From NCBI GenBank assembly GCA_964057225.1, contig OZ059899.1, positions 10,416,001 to 10,480,000 of the forward strand: a stretch of 64,000 nucleotides of DNA, read 5' to 3'. The stretch comes from Auanema rhodensis. Taxonomy: Eukaryota; Animalia; Nematoda. The position numbers and the translations under genes are program-made. Under the pieces are notes generated by a model that saw only the letters and a program-made list of their open reading frames with translations, had not been told where the DNA came from and did not search any database. This document shows, piece after piece, positions 49,703 to 63,500 of the stretch. Within the stretch, counting starts at the first letter, position 1, and each line of letters opens with the position of its first letter.

Positions 49703-52700
49703 TAAATTTTTTTCATTTCACTTGTCATTTACAAAAATCAAATTTATCTTCTTCAACGATTATTTTTGCAATGTGTCATAAAAATTTCACAGTTATACAA
49801 AACGTTTTTTAAGAATTTTTTTTGTTGTCAACATATATATTTTCCTGGAATTCGAAAGCATTTGGGATGGAAATTAGAAAGAAAAGAACTAGTTTTTCCT
49901 ATTTTAAAACAAACAAAAAAAAATAAAATGAAAAAGATTGTTAGATATCCAATTTAAACTTATACATTTACTTCGATAAAGAGCCTATTAGTTTGAAATT
50001 TTATGTCTTACAGTTCTCCAACAGAACAGACTGATCCTGATTTCTCTATGATTACATACAATTCTCGTTTGATATAAAAAAAGAAGAGGAATAACGTTTC
50101 CAGGATGTCAATGATATCGAATCTAGTGATATTGTAAAAAAATGTAATGTCAGCTCCATAGGTTTTCTCTTAATTTCTCTCATCACAATTGTCTTAGTTT
50201 TTTTTCTCATAAGAGTTTCTGAAATCTTAGGTGAACAAGGCCGTATATATTTTTTTCTGGAATTCGAAAGCATTTGGATGGAAATTAGAAAGAAAAGAAC
50301 TAGTTTTTCCTACTTTAAAACGAACAATAAGAAATAAAATAAAAAAGATTGTTAGATATCCAATTTAAACTTATACATTTACTTCGATAAAGAGCCTATT
50401 AGTTTGAAATTTTATGTCTTACAGTTCTACCAACAGAACAGACTGATCCTGATTTCTCTATGATTATATAAAACTCTCGTTTGATATAAAAAAAGAAGAG
50501 GAATAACGTTTCCAGGATGTCAATGATATCGAATCTAGTGATATTGTAGAAAAATGTAATGTCAGCTCCATAGGTTTTCTCTTAATTTCTCTCAACACAA
50601 TTGTCTTAGTTTTTTTCTCATAAGAGTTTCTGAATTCTTAGGTGAACAAGGCCGTATATATTTTTTTCTGGAATTCGAAAGCATTTGGGATGGAAATTAG
50701 AAAGAAAAGAACTAGTTTTTCCTACTTTAAAACAAACAATAAGAAATAAAATAAAAAAGATTGTTAGATATCTAATTTAAACTTATACATTTACTTCGAT
50801 AAAGAGCCTATTAGTTTGAAATTTTATGTCTTACAGTTCTCCAACAGAACAGACTGATCCTGATTTCTCTATGATTACATAAAACTCTCGTTTGATATAA
50901 AAAAAGAAGAGGAATAACGTTTCCAGGATGTCAATGATATCGAATCTAGTGATATTGTAGAAAAATGTAATGTCAGCTCCATAGGTTTTCTCTTAATTTC
51001 TCTCATCACAATTGTCTTAGTTTTTTTTCTCATAAGAGTTTCTGAAATCTTAGGTGAACAAGGCCGTATATATTTTTTTCTGGAATTCGAAAACATTTGG
51101 GATGGAAATTAGAAAGAAAAGAACTAGTTTTTCCTACTTTAAAACAAACAATAAGAAATAAAATAAAAAAGATTGTTAGATATCCAATTTAAACTTATAC
51201 ATTTACTTCGATAAAGAGCCTATTAGTTTGAAATTTTATGTCTTACAGTTCTCCAACAGAACAGACTGATCCTGATTTCTCTATGATTACATAAAACTCT
51301 CGTTTGATATACAAAAAGGAGAGGAATAACGTTTCCAGGATATCAATGATATCGAATCTAGTGATATTGTAGAAAAATGTAATGTCAGCTTCATAGTTTT
51401 TCTCTTAATTTCTCTCATCACAATAGTCTTATTTTTTTTTCATAAGAGTTTCTGAAATCTTAGTTGAACAAGGCCGTATATATTTTTTTCTGGAATTCGA
51501 AAGCATTTGGGATGGATATTAGAAGGAAAAGAACTAGTTTTTCCTACTTTAAAACAAACAATAAGAAATAAAATAAAAAAGATTGTTAGATATCCAATTT
51601 AAACTTATACATTTACTTCGATAAAGAGCCTATTAGTTTGAAATTTTATGTCTTACAGTTCTCCAACAGAACAGACTGATCCTGATTTCTCTATGATTAC
51701 ATACAATTCTCGTTTGATATAAAAAAAGAAGAGGAATAACGTTTCCAGGATGTCAATGATATCGAATCTAGTGATATTGTAAAAAAATGTAATGTCAGCT
51801 CCATAGGTTTTCTCTTAATTTCTCTCATCACAATTGTCTTAGTTTTTTTTCTCATAAGAGTTTCTGAAATCTTAGGTGAACAAGGCCGTATATATTTTTT
51901 TCTGGAATTCGAAAGCATTTGGATGGAAATTAGAAAGAAAAGAACTAGTTTTTCCTACTTTAAAACGAACAATAAGAAATAAAATAAAAAAGATTGTTAG
52001 ATATCCAATTTAAACTTATACATTTACTTCGATAAAGAGCCTATTAGTTTGAAATTTTATGTCTTACAGTTCTCCAACAGAACAGACTGATCCTGATTTC
52101 TCTATGATTACATAAAACTCTCGTTTGATATGAAAAAAGAAGAGGAATAACGTTTCCAGGATGTCAATGATATCGAATCTAGTGATATTGTAAAAAAATG
52201 TAATGTCAGCTCCATAGGTTTTCTCTTAATTTCTCTCATCACAATTGTCTTAGTTTTTTTTCTCATAAGAGTTTCTGAAATCTTAGGTGAACAAGGCCGT
52301 ATATATTTTTTTCTGGAATTCGAAAGCATTTGGGATGGAAATTAGAAAGAAAAGAACCAGTTTTTCCTACTTTAAAACAAACAATAAGAAATAAAATAAA
52401 AAAGATTGTTAGATATCCAATTTAAACTTATACACTTACTTCGATAAAGAGCCTATTAGTTTGAAATTTTATGTCTTACAGTTCTCCAACAGAACAGACT
52501 GATCCTGATTTCTCTATGATTATATAAAACTCTCGTTTGATATAAAAAAAGAAGAGGAATAACGTTTCCAGGATGTCAATGATATCGAATCTAGTGATAT
52601 TGTAGAAAAATGTAATGTCAGCTCCATAGGTTTTCTCTTAATTTCTCTCATCACAATTGTCTTAGTTTTTTTTCTCCTAAGAGTTTCTGAAATCTTAGGT

Positions 52701-54353
52701 GAACAAGGCCGTATATATTTTTTTCTGGAATTCGAAAGCATTTGGGATGGAAATTAGAAAGAAAAAAACTAGTTTTTCCTACTTTAAAACAAACAATAAG
52801 AAATAAAATAAAAAAGATTGTTAGATGTCCAATTTAAACTTATACATTTACTTCGATAAAGAGCCTATTAGTTTGAAATTTTATGTCTTACAGTTCTCCA
52901 ACAGAACAGACTGATCCTGATTTCTCTATGATTATATAAAATTCTCGTTTGATATAAAAAAAGAAGAGGAATAACGTTTCCAGGATGTCAATGATATCGA
53001 ATCTAGTGATATTGTAGAAAAATGTAATGTCAGCTCCATAGGTTTTCTCTTAATTTCTCTCATCACAATTGTCTTAGTTTTTTTTCTCATAAGAGTTTCT
53101 GAAATCTTAGGTGAACAAGGCCGTATATATTTTTTTCTGGAATTCGAAAGCATTTGGGATGGAAATTAGAAAGAAAAGAACTAGTTTTTCCTACTTTAAA
53201 ACAAACAATAAGAAATAAAATAAAAAAGATTGTTAGATATCCAATTTAAACTTATACATTTACTTCGATAAAGAGCCTATTAGTTTGAAATTTTATGTCT
53301 TACAGTTCTCCAACAGAACAGACTGATCCTGATTTCTCTATGATTATATAAAATTCTCGTTTGATATAAAAAAAGAAGAGGAATAACGTTTCCAGGATGT
53401 CAATGATATCGAATCTAGTGATATTGTAGAAAAATGTAATGTCAGCTCCATAGGTTTTCTCTTAATTTCTCTCATCACAATTGTCTTAGTTTTTTTTCTC
53501 ATAAGAGTTTCTGAAATCTTAGGTGAACAAGGCCGTATATATTTTTTTCTGGAATTCGAAAGCATTTGGGATGGAAATTAGAAAGAAAAGAACTAGTTTT
53601 TCCTACTTTAAAACAAACAATAAGAAATAAAATAAAAAAGATTGTTAGATATCCAATTTAAACTTATACATTTACTTCGATAAAGAGCCTATTAGTTTGA
53701 AATTTTATGTCTTACAGTTCTCCAACAGAACAGACTGATCCTGATTTCTCTATGATTACATAAAACTCTCGTTTGATATAATAAAAGAAGAGGAATAACG
53801 TTTCCAGGATGTCAATGATATCGAATCTAGTGATATTGTAGAAAAATGTAATGTCAGCTCCATAGGTTTTCTCTTAATTTCTCTCATCACAATTGTCTTA
53901 GTTTTTTTCTCATAAGAGTTTCTGAAATCTTAGGTGAACAAGGCCGTATATATTTTTTTCTGGAATTCGAAAGCATTTGGGATGGAAATTAGAAAGAAAA
54001 GAACTAGTTTTTCCTATTTTAAAACAAACAAAAAAAAATAAAATGAAAAAGATTGTTAGATATCCAATTTAAACTTATACATTTACTTCGATAAAGAGCC
54101 TATTAGTTTGAAATTTTATGTCTTACAGTTCTCCAACAGAACAGACTGATCCTGATTTCTCTATGATTACATAAAACTCTCGTTTGATATAAAAAAAGAA
54201 GAGGAATAACGTTTCCAGGATGTCAATGATATCGAATCTAGTGATATTGTAGAAAAATGTAATGTCAGCTCCATAGGTTTTCTCTTAATTTCTCTCATCA
54301 CAATAGTCTTAGTTTTTTTTCTCATAAGAGTTTCTGAAATCCTAGTTGAACAA

Positions 54354-54426
54354 GGCCGCGTGGCGCAATGGATAACGCGTCTGCCTACGGAGCAGAAGAT
54401 TGTAGGTTCGAATCCTGACGTGGTCG
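54354..54426 (+). tRNA. tRNA-Arg(ACG), copy 23; C65A variant, possibly impaired
   Basis: CCTGACGTGGTCG instead of CCTGCCGTGGTCG (A at 54418). This breaks G49-C65 next to the T50-G64 wobble. Confidence 0.87.
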
Positions 54427-57400
54427 TAATTTTTTTTCATTTCACTTGTCATTTACAAAAATCAAATTTATCTTCTTCAACGATTATTTTTGCAATGTGT
54501 CATAAAAATTTCACAGTTGAACAAAACGTTTTTTAAGAATTTTTTTTGTTGTCAACATATATATTTTCCTGGAATTCGAAAGCATTTGGGATGGAAATTA
54601 GAAAGAAAAGAACTAGTTTTTCCTATTTTAAAACAAACAAAAAAAAATAAAATGAAAAAGATTGTTAGATATCCAATTTAAACTTATACATTTACTTCGA
54701 TAAAGAGCCTATTAGTTTGAAATTTTATGTCTTACAGTTCTCCAACAGAACAGACTGATCCTGATTTCTCTATGATTACATACAATTCTCGTTTGATATA
54801 AAAAAAGAAGAGGAATAACGTTTCCAGGATGTCAATGATATCGAATCTAGTGATATTGTAAAAAAATGTAATGTCAGCTCCATAGGTTTTCTCTTAATTT
54901 CTCTCATCACAATTGTCTTAGTTTTTTTTCTCATAAGAGTTTCTGAAATCTTAGGTGAACAAGGCCGTATATATTTTTTTCTGGAATTCGAAAGCATTTG
55001 GATGGAAATTAGAAAGAAAAGAACTAGTTTTTCCTACTTTAAAACGAACAATAAGAAATAAAATAAAAAAGATTGTTAGATATCCAATTTAAACTTATAC
55101 ATTTACTTCGATAAAGCGCCTATTAGTTTGAAATTTTATGTCTTACAGTTCTCCAACAGAACAGACTGATCCTGATTTCTCTATGATTATATAAAACTCT
55201 CGTTTGATATAAAAAAAGAAGAGGAATAACGTTTCCAGGATGTCAATGATATCGAATCTAGTGATATTGTAGAAAAATGTAATGTCAGCTCCATAGGTTT
55301 TCTCTTAATTTTTCTCAACACAATTGTCTTAGTTTTTTTCTCATAAGAGTTTCTGAATTCTTAGGTGAACAAGGCCGTATATATTTTTTTCTGGAATTCG
55401 AAAGCATTTGGGATGGAAATTAGAAAGAAAAGAACTAGTTTTTCCTACTTTAAAACAAACAATAAGAAATAAAATAAAAAAGATTGTTAGATATCTAATT
55501 TAAACTTATACATTTACTTCGATAAAGAGCCTATTAGTTTGAAATTTTATGTCTTACAGTTCTCCAACAGAACAGACTGATCCTGATTTCTCTATGATTA
55601 CATAAAACTCTCGTTTGATATAAAAAAAGAAGAGGAATAACGTTTCCAGGATGTCAATGATATCGAATCTAGTGATATTGTAGAAAAATGTAATGTCAGC
55701 TTCATAGTTTTTCTCTTAATTTCTCTCATCACAATAGTCTTATTTTCTTTTCATAAGAGTTTCTGAAATCTTAGTTGAACAAGGCCGTATATATTTTTTT
55801 CTGGAATTCGAAAGCATTTGGGATGGATATTAGAAGGAAAAGAACTAGTTTTTCCTACTTTAAAACAAACAATAAGAAATAAAATAAAAAAGATTGTTAG
55901 ATATCCAATTTAAACTTATACATTTACTTCGATAAAGAGCCTATTAGTTTGAAATTTTATGTCTTACAGTTCTCCAACAGAACAGACTGATCCTGATTTC
56001 TCTATGATTACATACAATTCTCGTTTGATATAAAAAAAGAAGAGGAATAACGTTTCCAGGATGTCAATGATATCGAATCTAGTGATATTGTAAAAAAATG
56101 TAATGTCAGCTCCATAGGTTTTCTCTTAATTTCTCTCATCACAATTGTCTTAGTTTTTTTTCTCATAAGAGTTTCTGAAATCTTAGGTGAACAAGGCCGT
56201 ATATATTTTTTTCTGGAATTCGAAAGCATTTGGATGGAAATTAGAAAGAAAAGAACTAGTTTTTCCTACTTTAAAACGAACAATAAGAAATAAAATAAAA
56301 AAGATTGTTAGATATCCAATTTAAACTTATACATTTACTTCGATAAAGAGCCTATTAGTTTGAAATTTTATGTCTTACAGTTCTCCAACAGAACAGACTG
56401 ATCCTGATTTCTCTATGATTACATAAAACTCTCGTTTGATATGAAAAAAGAAGAGGAATAACGTTTCCAGGATGTCAATGATATCGAATCTAGTGATATT
56501 GTAAAAAAATGTAATGTCAGCTCCATAGGTTTTCTCTTAATTTCTCTCATCACAATTGTCTTAGTTTTTTTTCTCATAAGAGTTTCTGAAATCTTAGGTG
56601 AACAAGGCCGTATATATTTTTTTCTGGAATTCGAAAGCATTTGGGATGGAAATTAGAAAGAAAAGAACCAGTTTTTCCTACTTTAAAACAAACAATAAGA
56701 AATAAAATAAAAAAGATTGTTAGATATCCAATTTAAACTTATACACTTACTTCGATAAAGAGCCTATTAGTTTGAAATTTTATGTCTTACAGTTCTCCAA
56801 CAGAACAGACTGATCCTGATTTCTCTATGATTATATAAAACTCTCGTTTGATATAAAAAAAGAAGAGGAATAACGTTTCCAGGATGTCAATGATATCGAA
56901 TCTAGTGATATTGTAGAAAAATGTAATGTCAGCTCCATAGGTTTTCTCTTAATTTCTCTCATCACAATTGTCTTAGTTTTTTTTCTCCTAAGAGTTTCTG
57001 AAATCTTAGGTGAACAAGGCCGTATATATTTTTTTCTGGAATTCGAAAGCATTTGGGATGGAAATTAGAAAGAAAAAAACTAGTTTTTCCTACTTTAAAA
57101 CAAACAATAAGAAATAAAATAAAAAAGATTGTTAGATATCCAATTTAAACTTATACATTTACTTCGATAAAGAGCCTATTAGTTTGAAATTTTATGTCTT
57201 ACAGTTCTCCAACAGAACAGACTGATCCTGATTTCTCTATGATTATATAAAATTCTCGTTTGATATAAAAAAAGAAGAGGAATAACGTTTCCAGGATGTC
57301 AATGATATCGAATCTAGTGATATTGTAGAAAAATGTAATGTCAGCTCCATAGGTTTTCTCTTAATTTCTCTCATCACAATTGTCTTAGTTTTTTTCTCAT

Positions 57401-60400
57401 AAGAGTTTCTGAAATCTTAGGTGAACAAGGCCGTATATATTTTTTTCTGGAATTCGAAAGCATTTGGGATGGAAATTAGAAAGAAAAGAACTAGTTTTTC
57501 CTATTTTAAAACAAACAAAAAAAAATAAAATGAAAAAGATTGTTAGATATCCAATTTAAACTTATACATTTACTTCGATAAAGAGCCTATTAGTTTGAAA
57601 TTTTATGTCTTACAGTTCTCCAACAGAACAGACTGATCCTGATTTCTCTATGATTACATAAAACTCTCGTTTGATAAAAAAAGAAGAGGAATAACGTTTC
57701 CAGGATGTCAATGATATCGAATCTAGTGATATTGTAGAAAAATGTAATGTCAGCTCCATAGGTTTTCTCTTAATTTCTCTCATCACAATTGTCTTAGTTT
57801 TTTTCTCATAAGAGTTTCTGAAATCTTAGGTGAACAAGGCCGTATATATTTTTTTCTGGAATTCGAAAGCATTTGGGATGGAAATTAGAAAGAAAAGAAC
57901 TAGTTTTTCCTACTTTAAAACAAACAATAAGAAATAAAATAAAAAAGATTGTTAGATATCCAATTTAAACTTATACATTTACTTCGATAAAGAGCCTATT
58001 AGTTTGAAATTTTATGTCTTACAGTTCTCCAACAGAACAGACTGATCCTGATTTCTCTATGATTATATAAAATTCTCGTTTGATATAAAAAAAGAAGAGG
58101 AATAACGTTTCCAGGATGTCAATGATATCGAATCTAGTGATATTGTAAAAAAATGTAATGTCAGCTCCATAGGTTTTCTCTTAATTTCTCTCATCACAAT
58201 TGTCTTAGTTTTTTTTCTCATAAGAGTTTCTGAAATTTTAGGTGAACAAGGCCGTATATATTTTTTTCTGGAATTCGAAAGCATTTGGGATGGAAATTAG
58301 AAAGAAAAGAACTAGTTTTTCCTACTTCAAAACAAACAATAAGAAATAAAATAAAAAAGATTGTTAGATATCCAATTTAAACTTATACATTTACTTCGAT
58401 AAAGAGCCTATTAGTTTGAAATTTTATGTCTTACAGTTCTCCAACAGAACAGACTGATCCTGATTTCTCTATGATTACATAAAACTCTCGTTTGATATAA
58501 AAAAAGAAAAGGAATAACGTTTCCAGGATGTCAATGATATCGAATCTAGTGATATTGTAGAAAAATGTAATGTCAGCTCCATAGGTTTTCTCTTAATTTC
58601 TCTCATCACAATTGTCTTAGTTTTTTTCTCATAAGAGTTTCTGAAATCTTAGGTGAACAAGGCCGTATATATTTTTTTCTGGAATTCGAAAGCATTTGGG
58701 ATGGAAATTAGAAGGAAAAGAACTAGTTTTTCCTACTTTAAAACAAACAATAAGAAATAAAATAAAAAAGATTGTAAGATATCCAATTTAAACTTATACA
58801 TTTACTTTGATAAAGAGCCTATTAGTTTGAAATTTTATGTCTTACAGTTCTCCAACAGAACAGACTGATCCTGATTTCTCTATGATTATATAAAACTCTC
58901 GTTTGATATAAAAAAAGAAGAGGAATAACGTTCCCAGGATGTCAATGATATCGAATCTAGTGATATTGTAAAAAAATGTAATGTCAGCTCCATAGGTTTT
59001 CTCTTAATTTCTCTCATCACAATTGTCTTAGTTTTTTTTCTCATAAGAGTTTCTGAAATCTTAGGTGAACAAGGCCGTATATATTTTTTTCTGGAATTCG
59101 AAAGCATTTGGATGGAAATTAGAAAGAAAAGAACTAGTTTTTCCTACTTTAAAACGAACAATAAGAAATAAAATAAAAAAGATTGTTAGATATCCAATTT
59201 AAACTTATACATTTACTTCGATAAAGCGCCTATTAGTTTGAAATTTTATGTCTTACAGTTCTCCAACAGAACAGACTGATCCTGATTTCTCTATGATTAT
59301 ATAAAACTCTCGTTTGATATAAAAAAAGAAGAGGAATAACGTTTCCAGGATGTCAATGATATCGAATCTAGTGATATTGTAGAAAAATGTAATGTCAGCT
59401 CCATAGGTTTTCTCTTAATTTCTCTCAACACAATTGTCTTAGTTTTTTTCTCATAAGAGTTTCTGAATTCTTAGGTGAACAAGGCCGTATATATTTTTTT
59501 CTGGAATTCGAAAGCATTTGGGATGGAAATTAGAAAGAAAAGAACTAGTTTTTCCTACTTTAAAACAAACAATAAGAAATAAAATAAAAAAGATTGTTAG
59601 ATATCTAATTTAAACTTATACATTTACTTCGATAAAGAGCCTATTAGTTTGAAATTTTATGTCTTACAGTTCTCCAACAGAACAGACTGATCCTGATTTC
59701 TCTATGATTACATAAAACTCTCGTTTGATATAAAAAAAGAAGAGGAATAACGTTTCCAGGATGTCAATGATATCGAATCTAGTGATATTGTAGAAAAATG
59801 TAATGTCAGCTCCATAGGTTTTCTCTTAATTTCTCTCATCACAATTGTCTTAGTTTTTTTTCTCATAAGAGTTTCTGAAATTTTAGGTGAACAAGGCCGT
59901 ATATATTTTTTTCTGGAATTCGAAAGCATTTGGGATGGAAATTAGAAAGAAAAGAACTAGTTTTTCCTACTTCAAAACAAACAATAAGAAATAAAATAAA
60001 AAAGATTGTTAGATATCCAATTTAAACTTATACATTTACTTCGATAAAGAGCCTATTAGTTTGAAATTTTATGTCTTACAGTTCTCCAACAGAACAGACT
60101 GATCCTGATTTCTCTATGATTACATAAAACTCTCGTTTGATATAAAAAAAGAAGAGGAATAACGTTTCCAGGATGTCAATGATATCGAATCTAGTGATAT
60201 TGTAGAAAAATGTAATGTCAGCTCCATAGGTTTTCTCTTAATTTCTCTCATCACAATTGTCTTAGTTTTTTTCTCATAAGAGTTTCTGAAATCTTAGGTG
60301 AACAAGGCCGTATATATTTTTTTCTGGAATTCGAAAGCATTTGGGATGGAAATTAGAAGGAAAAGAACTAGTTTTTCCTACTTTAAAACAAACAATAAGA

Positions 60401-60597
60401 AATAAAATAAAAAAGATTGTAAGATATCCAATTTAAACTTATACATTTACTTTGATAAAGAGCCTATTAGTTTGAAATTTTATGTCTTACAGTTCTCCAA
60501 CAGAACAGACTGATCCTGATTTCTCTATGATTACATAAAACTCTCGTTTGATATAAAAAAAGAAGAGGAATAACGTTTCCAGGATGTCAATGATATC

Positions 60598-63500
60598 GAA
60601 TCTAGTGATATTGTAGAAAAATGTAATGTCAGCTCCATAGGTTTTCTCTTAATTTCTCTCATCACAATTGTCTTAGTTTTTTTTCTCATTAGAGTTTCTG
60701 AAATCTTAGGTGAACAAGGCCGTATATATTTTTTTCTGGAATTCGAAAGCATTTGGGATGGACATTAGAAGGAAAAGAACTAGTTTTTCCTACTTTAAAA
60801 CAAACAATAAGAAATAAAATAAAAAAGATTGTTAGATATCCAATTTAAACTTATACATTTACTTCGATAAAGAGCCTATTAGTTTGAAATTTTATGTCTT
60901 ACAGTTCTCCAACAGAACAGACTGATCCTGATTTCTCTATGATTACATAAAACTCTCGTTTGATATACAAAAAGGAGAGGAATAACGTTTCCAGGATATC
61001 AATGATATCGAATCTAGTGATATTGTAGAAAAATGTAATGTCAGCTCCATAGTTTTTCTCTAAATTTCTCTCATCACAATAGTCTTATTTTTTTTTCATA
61101 AGAGTTTCTGAAATCTTAGTTGAACAAGGCCGCGTGGCGCAATGGATAACGCGTCTGCCTACGGAGCAGAAGATTGTAGGTTCGAATCCTGCCGTGGTCG
61201 TAAATTTTTTTCATTTCACTTGTCATTTACAAAAATCAAATTTATCTTCTTCAACGATTATTTTTGCAATGTGTCATAAAAATTTCACAGTTATACAAAA
61301 CGTTTTTTAAGAATTTTTTTTGTTGTCAACATATATATTTTCCTGGAATTCGAAAGCATTTGGGATGGAAATTAGAAAGAAAAGAACTAGTTTTTCCTAT
61401 TTTTAAACAAACAAAAAAAAAATAAAATGAAAAAGATTGTTAGATATCCAATTTAAACTTATACATTTACTTCGATAAAGAGCCTATTAGTTTGAAATTT
61501 TATGTCTTACAGTTCTCCAACAGAACAGACTGATCCTGATTTCTCTATGATTACATACAATTCTCGTTTGATATAAAAAAAGAAGAGGAATAACGTTTCC
61601 AGGATGTCAATGATATCGAATCTAGTGATATTGTAAAAAAATGTAATGTCAGCTCCATAGGTTTTCTCTTAATTTCTCTCATCACAATTGTCTTAGTTTT
61701 TTTTCTCATAAGAGTTTCTGAAATCTTAGGTGAACAAGGCCGTATATATTTTTTTCTGGAATTCGAAAGCATTTGGATGGAAATTAGAAAGAAAAGAACT
61801 AGTTTTTCCTACTTTAAAACGAACAATAAGAAATAAAATAAAAAAGATTGTTAGATATCCAATTTAAACTTATACATTTACTTCGATAAAGAGCCTATTA
61901 GTTTGAAATTTTATGTCTTACAGTTCTCCAACAGAACAGACTGATCCTGATTTCTCTATGATTATATAAAACTCTCGTTTGATATAAAAAAAGAAGAGGA
62001 ATAACGTTTCCAGGATGTCAATGATATCGAATCTAGTGATATTGTAGAAAAATGTAATGTCAGCTCCATAGGTTTTCTCTTAATTTCTCTCAACACAATT
62101 GTCTTAGTTTTTTTCTCATAAGAGTTTCTGAATTCTTAGGTGAACAAGGCCGTATATATTTTTTTCTGGAATTCGAAAGCATTTGGGATGGAAATTAGAA
62201 AGAAAAGAACTAGTTTTTCCTACTTTAAAACAAACAATAAGAAATAAAATAAAAAAGATTGTTAGATATCTAATTTAAACTTATACATTTACTTCGATAA
62301 AGAGCCTATTAGTTTGAAATTTTATGTCTTACAGTTCTCCAACAGAACAGACTGATCCTGATTTCTCTATGATTACATAAAACTCTCGTTTGATATAAAA
62401 AAAGAAGAGGAATAACGTTTCCAGGATGTCAATGATATCGAATCTAGTGATATTGTAGAAAAATGTAATGTCAGCTCCATAGGTTTTCTCTTAATTTCTC
62501 TCATCACAATTGTCTTAGTTTTTTTTCTCATAAGAGTTTCTGAAATCTTAGGTGAACAAGGCCGTATATATTTTTTTCTGGAATTCGAAAACATTTGGGA
62601 TGGAAATTAGAAAGAAAAGAACTAGTTTTTCCTACTTTAAAACAAACAATAAGAAATAAAATAAAAAAGATTGTTAGATATCCAATTTAAACTTATACAT
62701 TTACTTCGATAAAGAGCCTATTAGTTTGAAATTTTATGTCTTACAGTTCTCCAACAGAACAGACTGATCCTGATTTCTCTATGATTACATAAAACTCTCG
62801 TTTGATATACAAAAAGGAGAGGAATAACGTTTCCAGGATATCAATGATATCGAATCTAGTGATATTGTAGAAAAATGTAATGTCAGCTTCATAGTTTTTC
62901 TCTTAATTTCTCTCATCACAATAGTCTTATTTTTTTTTCATAAGAGTTTCTGAAATCTTAGTTGAACAAGGCCGTATATATTTTTTTCTGGAATTCGAAA
63001 GCATTTGGGATGGATATTAGAAGGAAAAGAACTAGTTTTTCCTACTTTAAAACAAACAATAAGAAATAAAATAAAAAAGATTGTTAGATATCCAATTTAA
63101 ACTTATACATTTACTTCGATAAAGAGCCTATTAGTTTGAAATTTTATGTCTTACAGTTCTCCAACAGAACAGACTGATCCTGATTTCTCTATGATTACAT
63201 ACAATTCTCGTTTGATATAAAAAAAGAAGAGGAATAACGTTTCCAGGATGTCAATGATATCGAATCTAGTGATATTGTAAAAAAATGTAATGTCAGCTCC
63301 ATAGGTTTTCTCTTAATTTCTCTCATCACAATTGTCTTAGTTTTTTTTCTCATAAGAGTTTCTGAAATCTTAGGTGAACAAGGCCGTATATATTTTTTTC
63401 TGGAATTCGAAAGCATTTGGATGGAAATTAGAAAGAAAAGAACTAGTTTTTCCTACTTTAAAACGAACAATAAGAAATAAAATAAAAAAGATTGTTAGAT

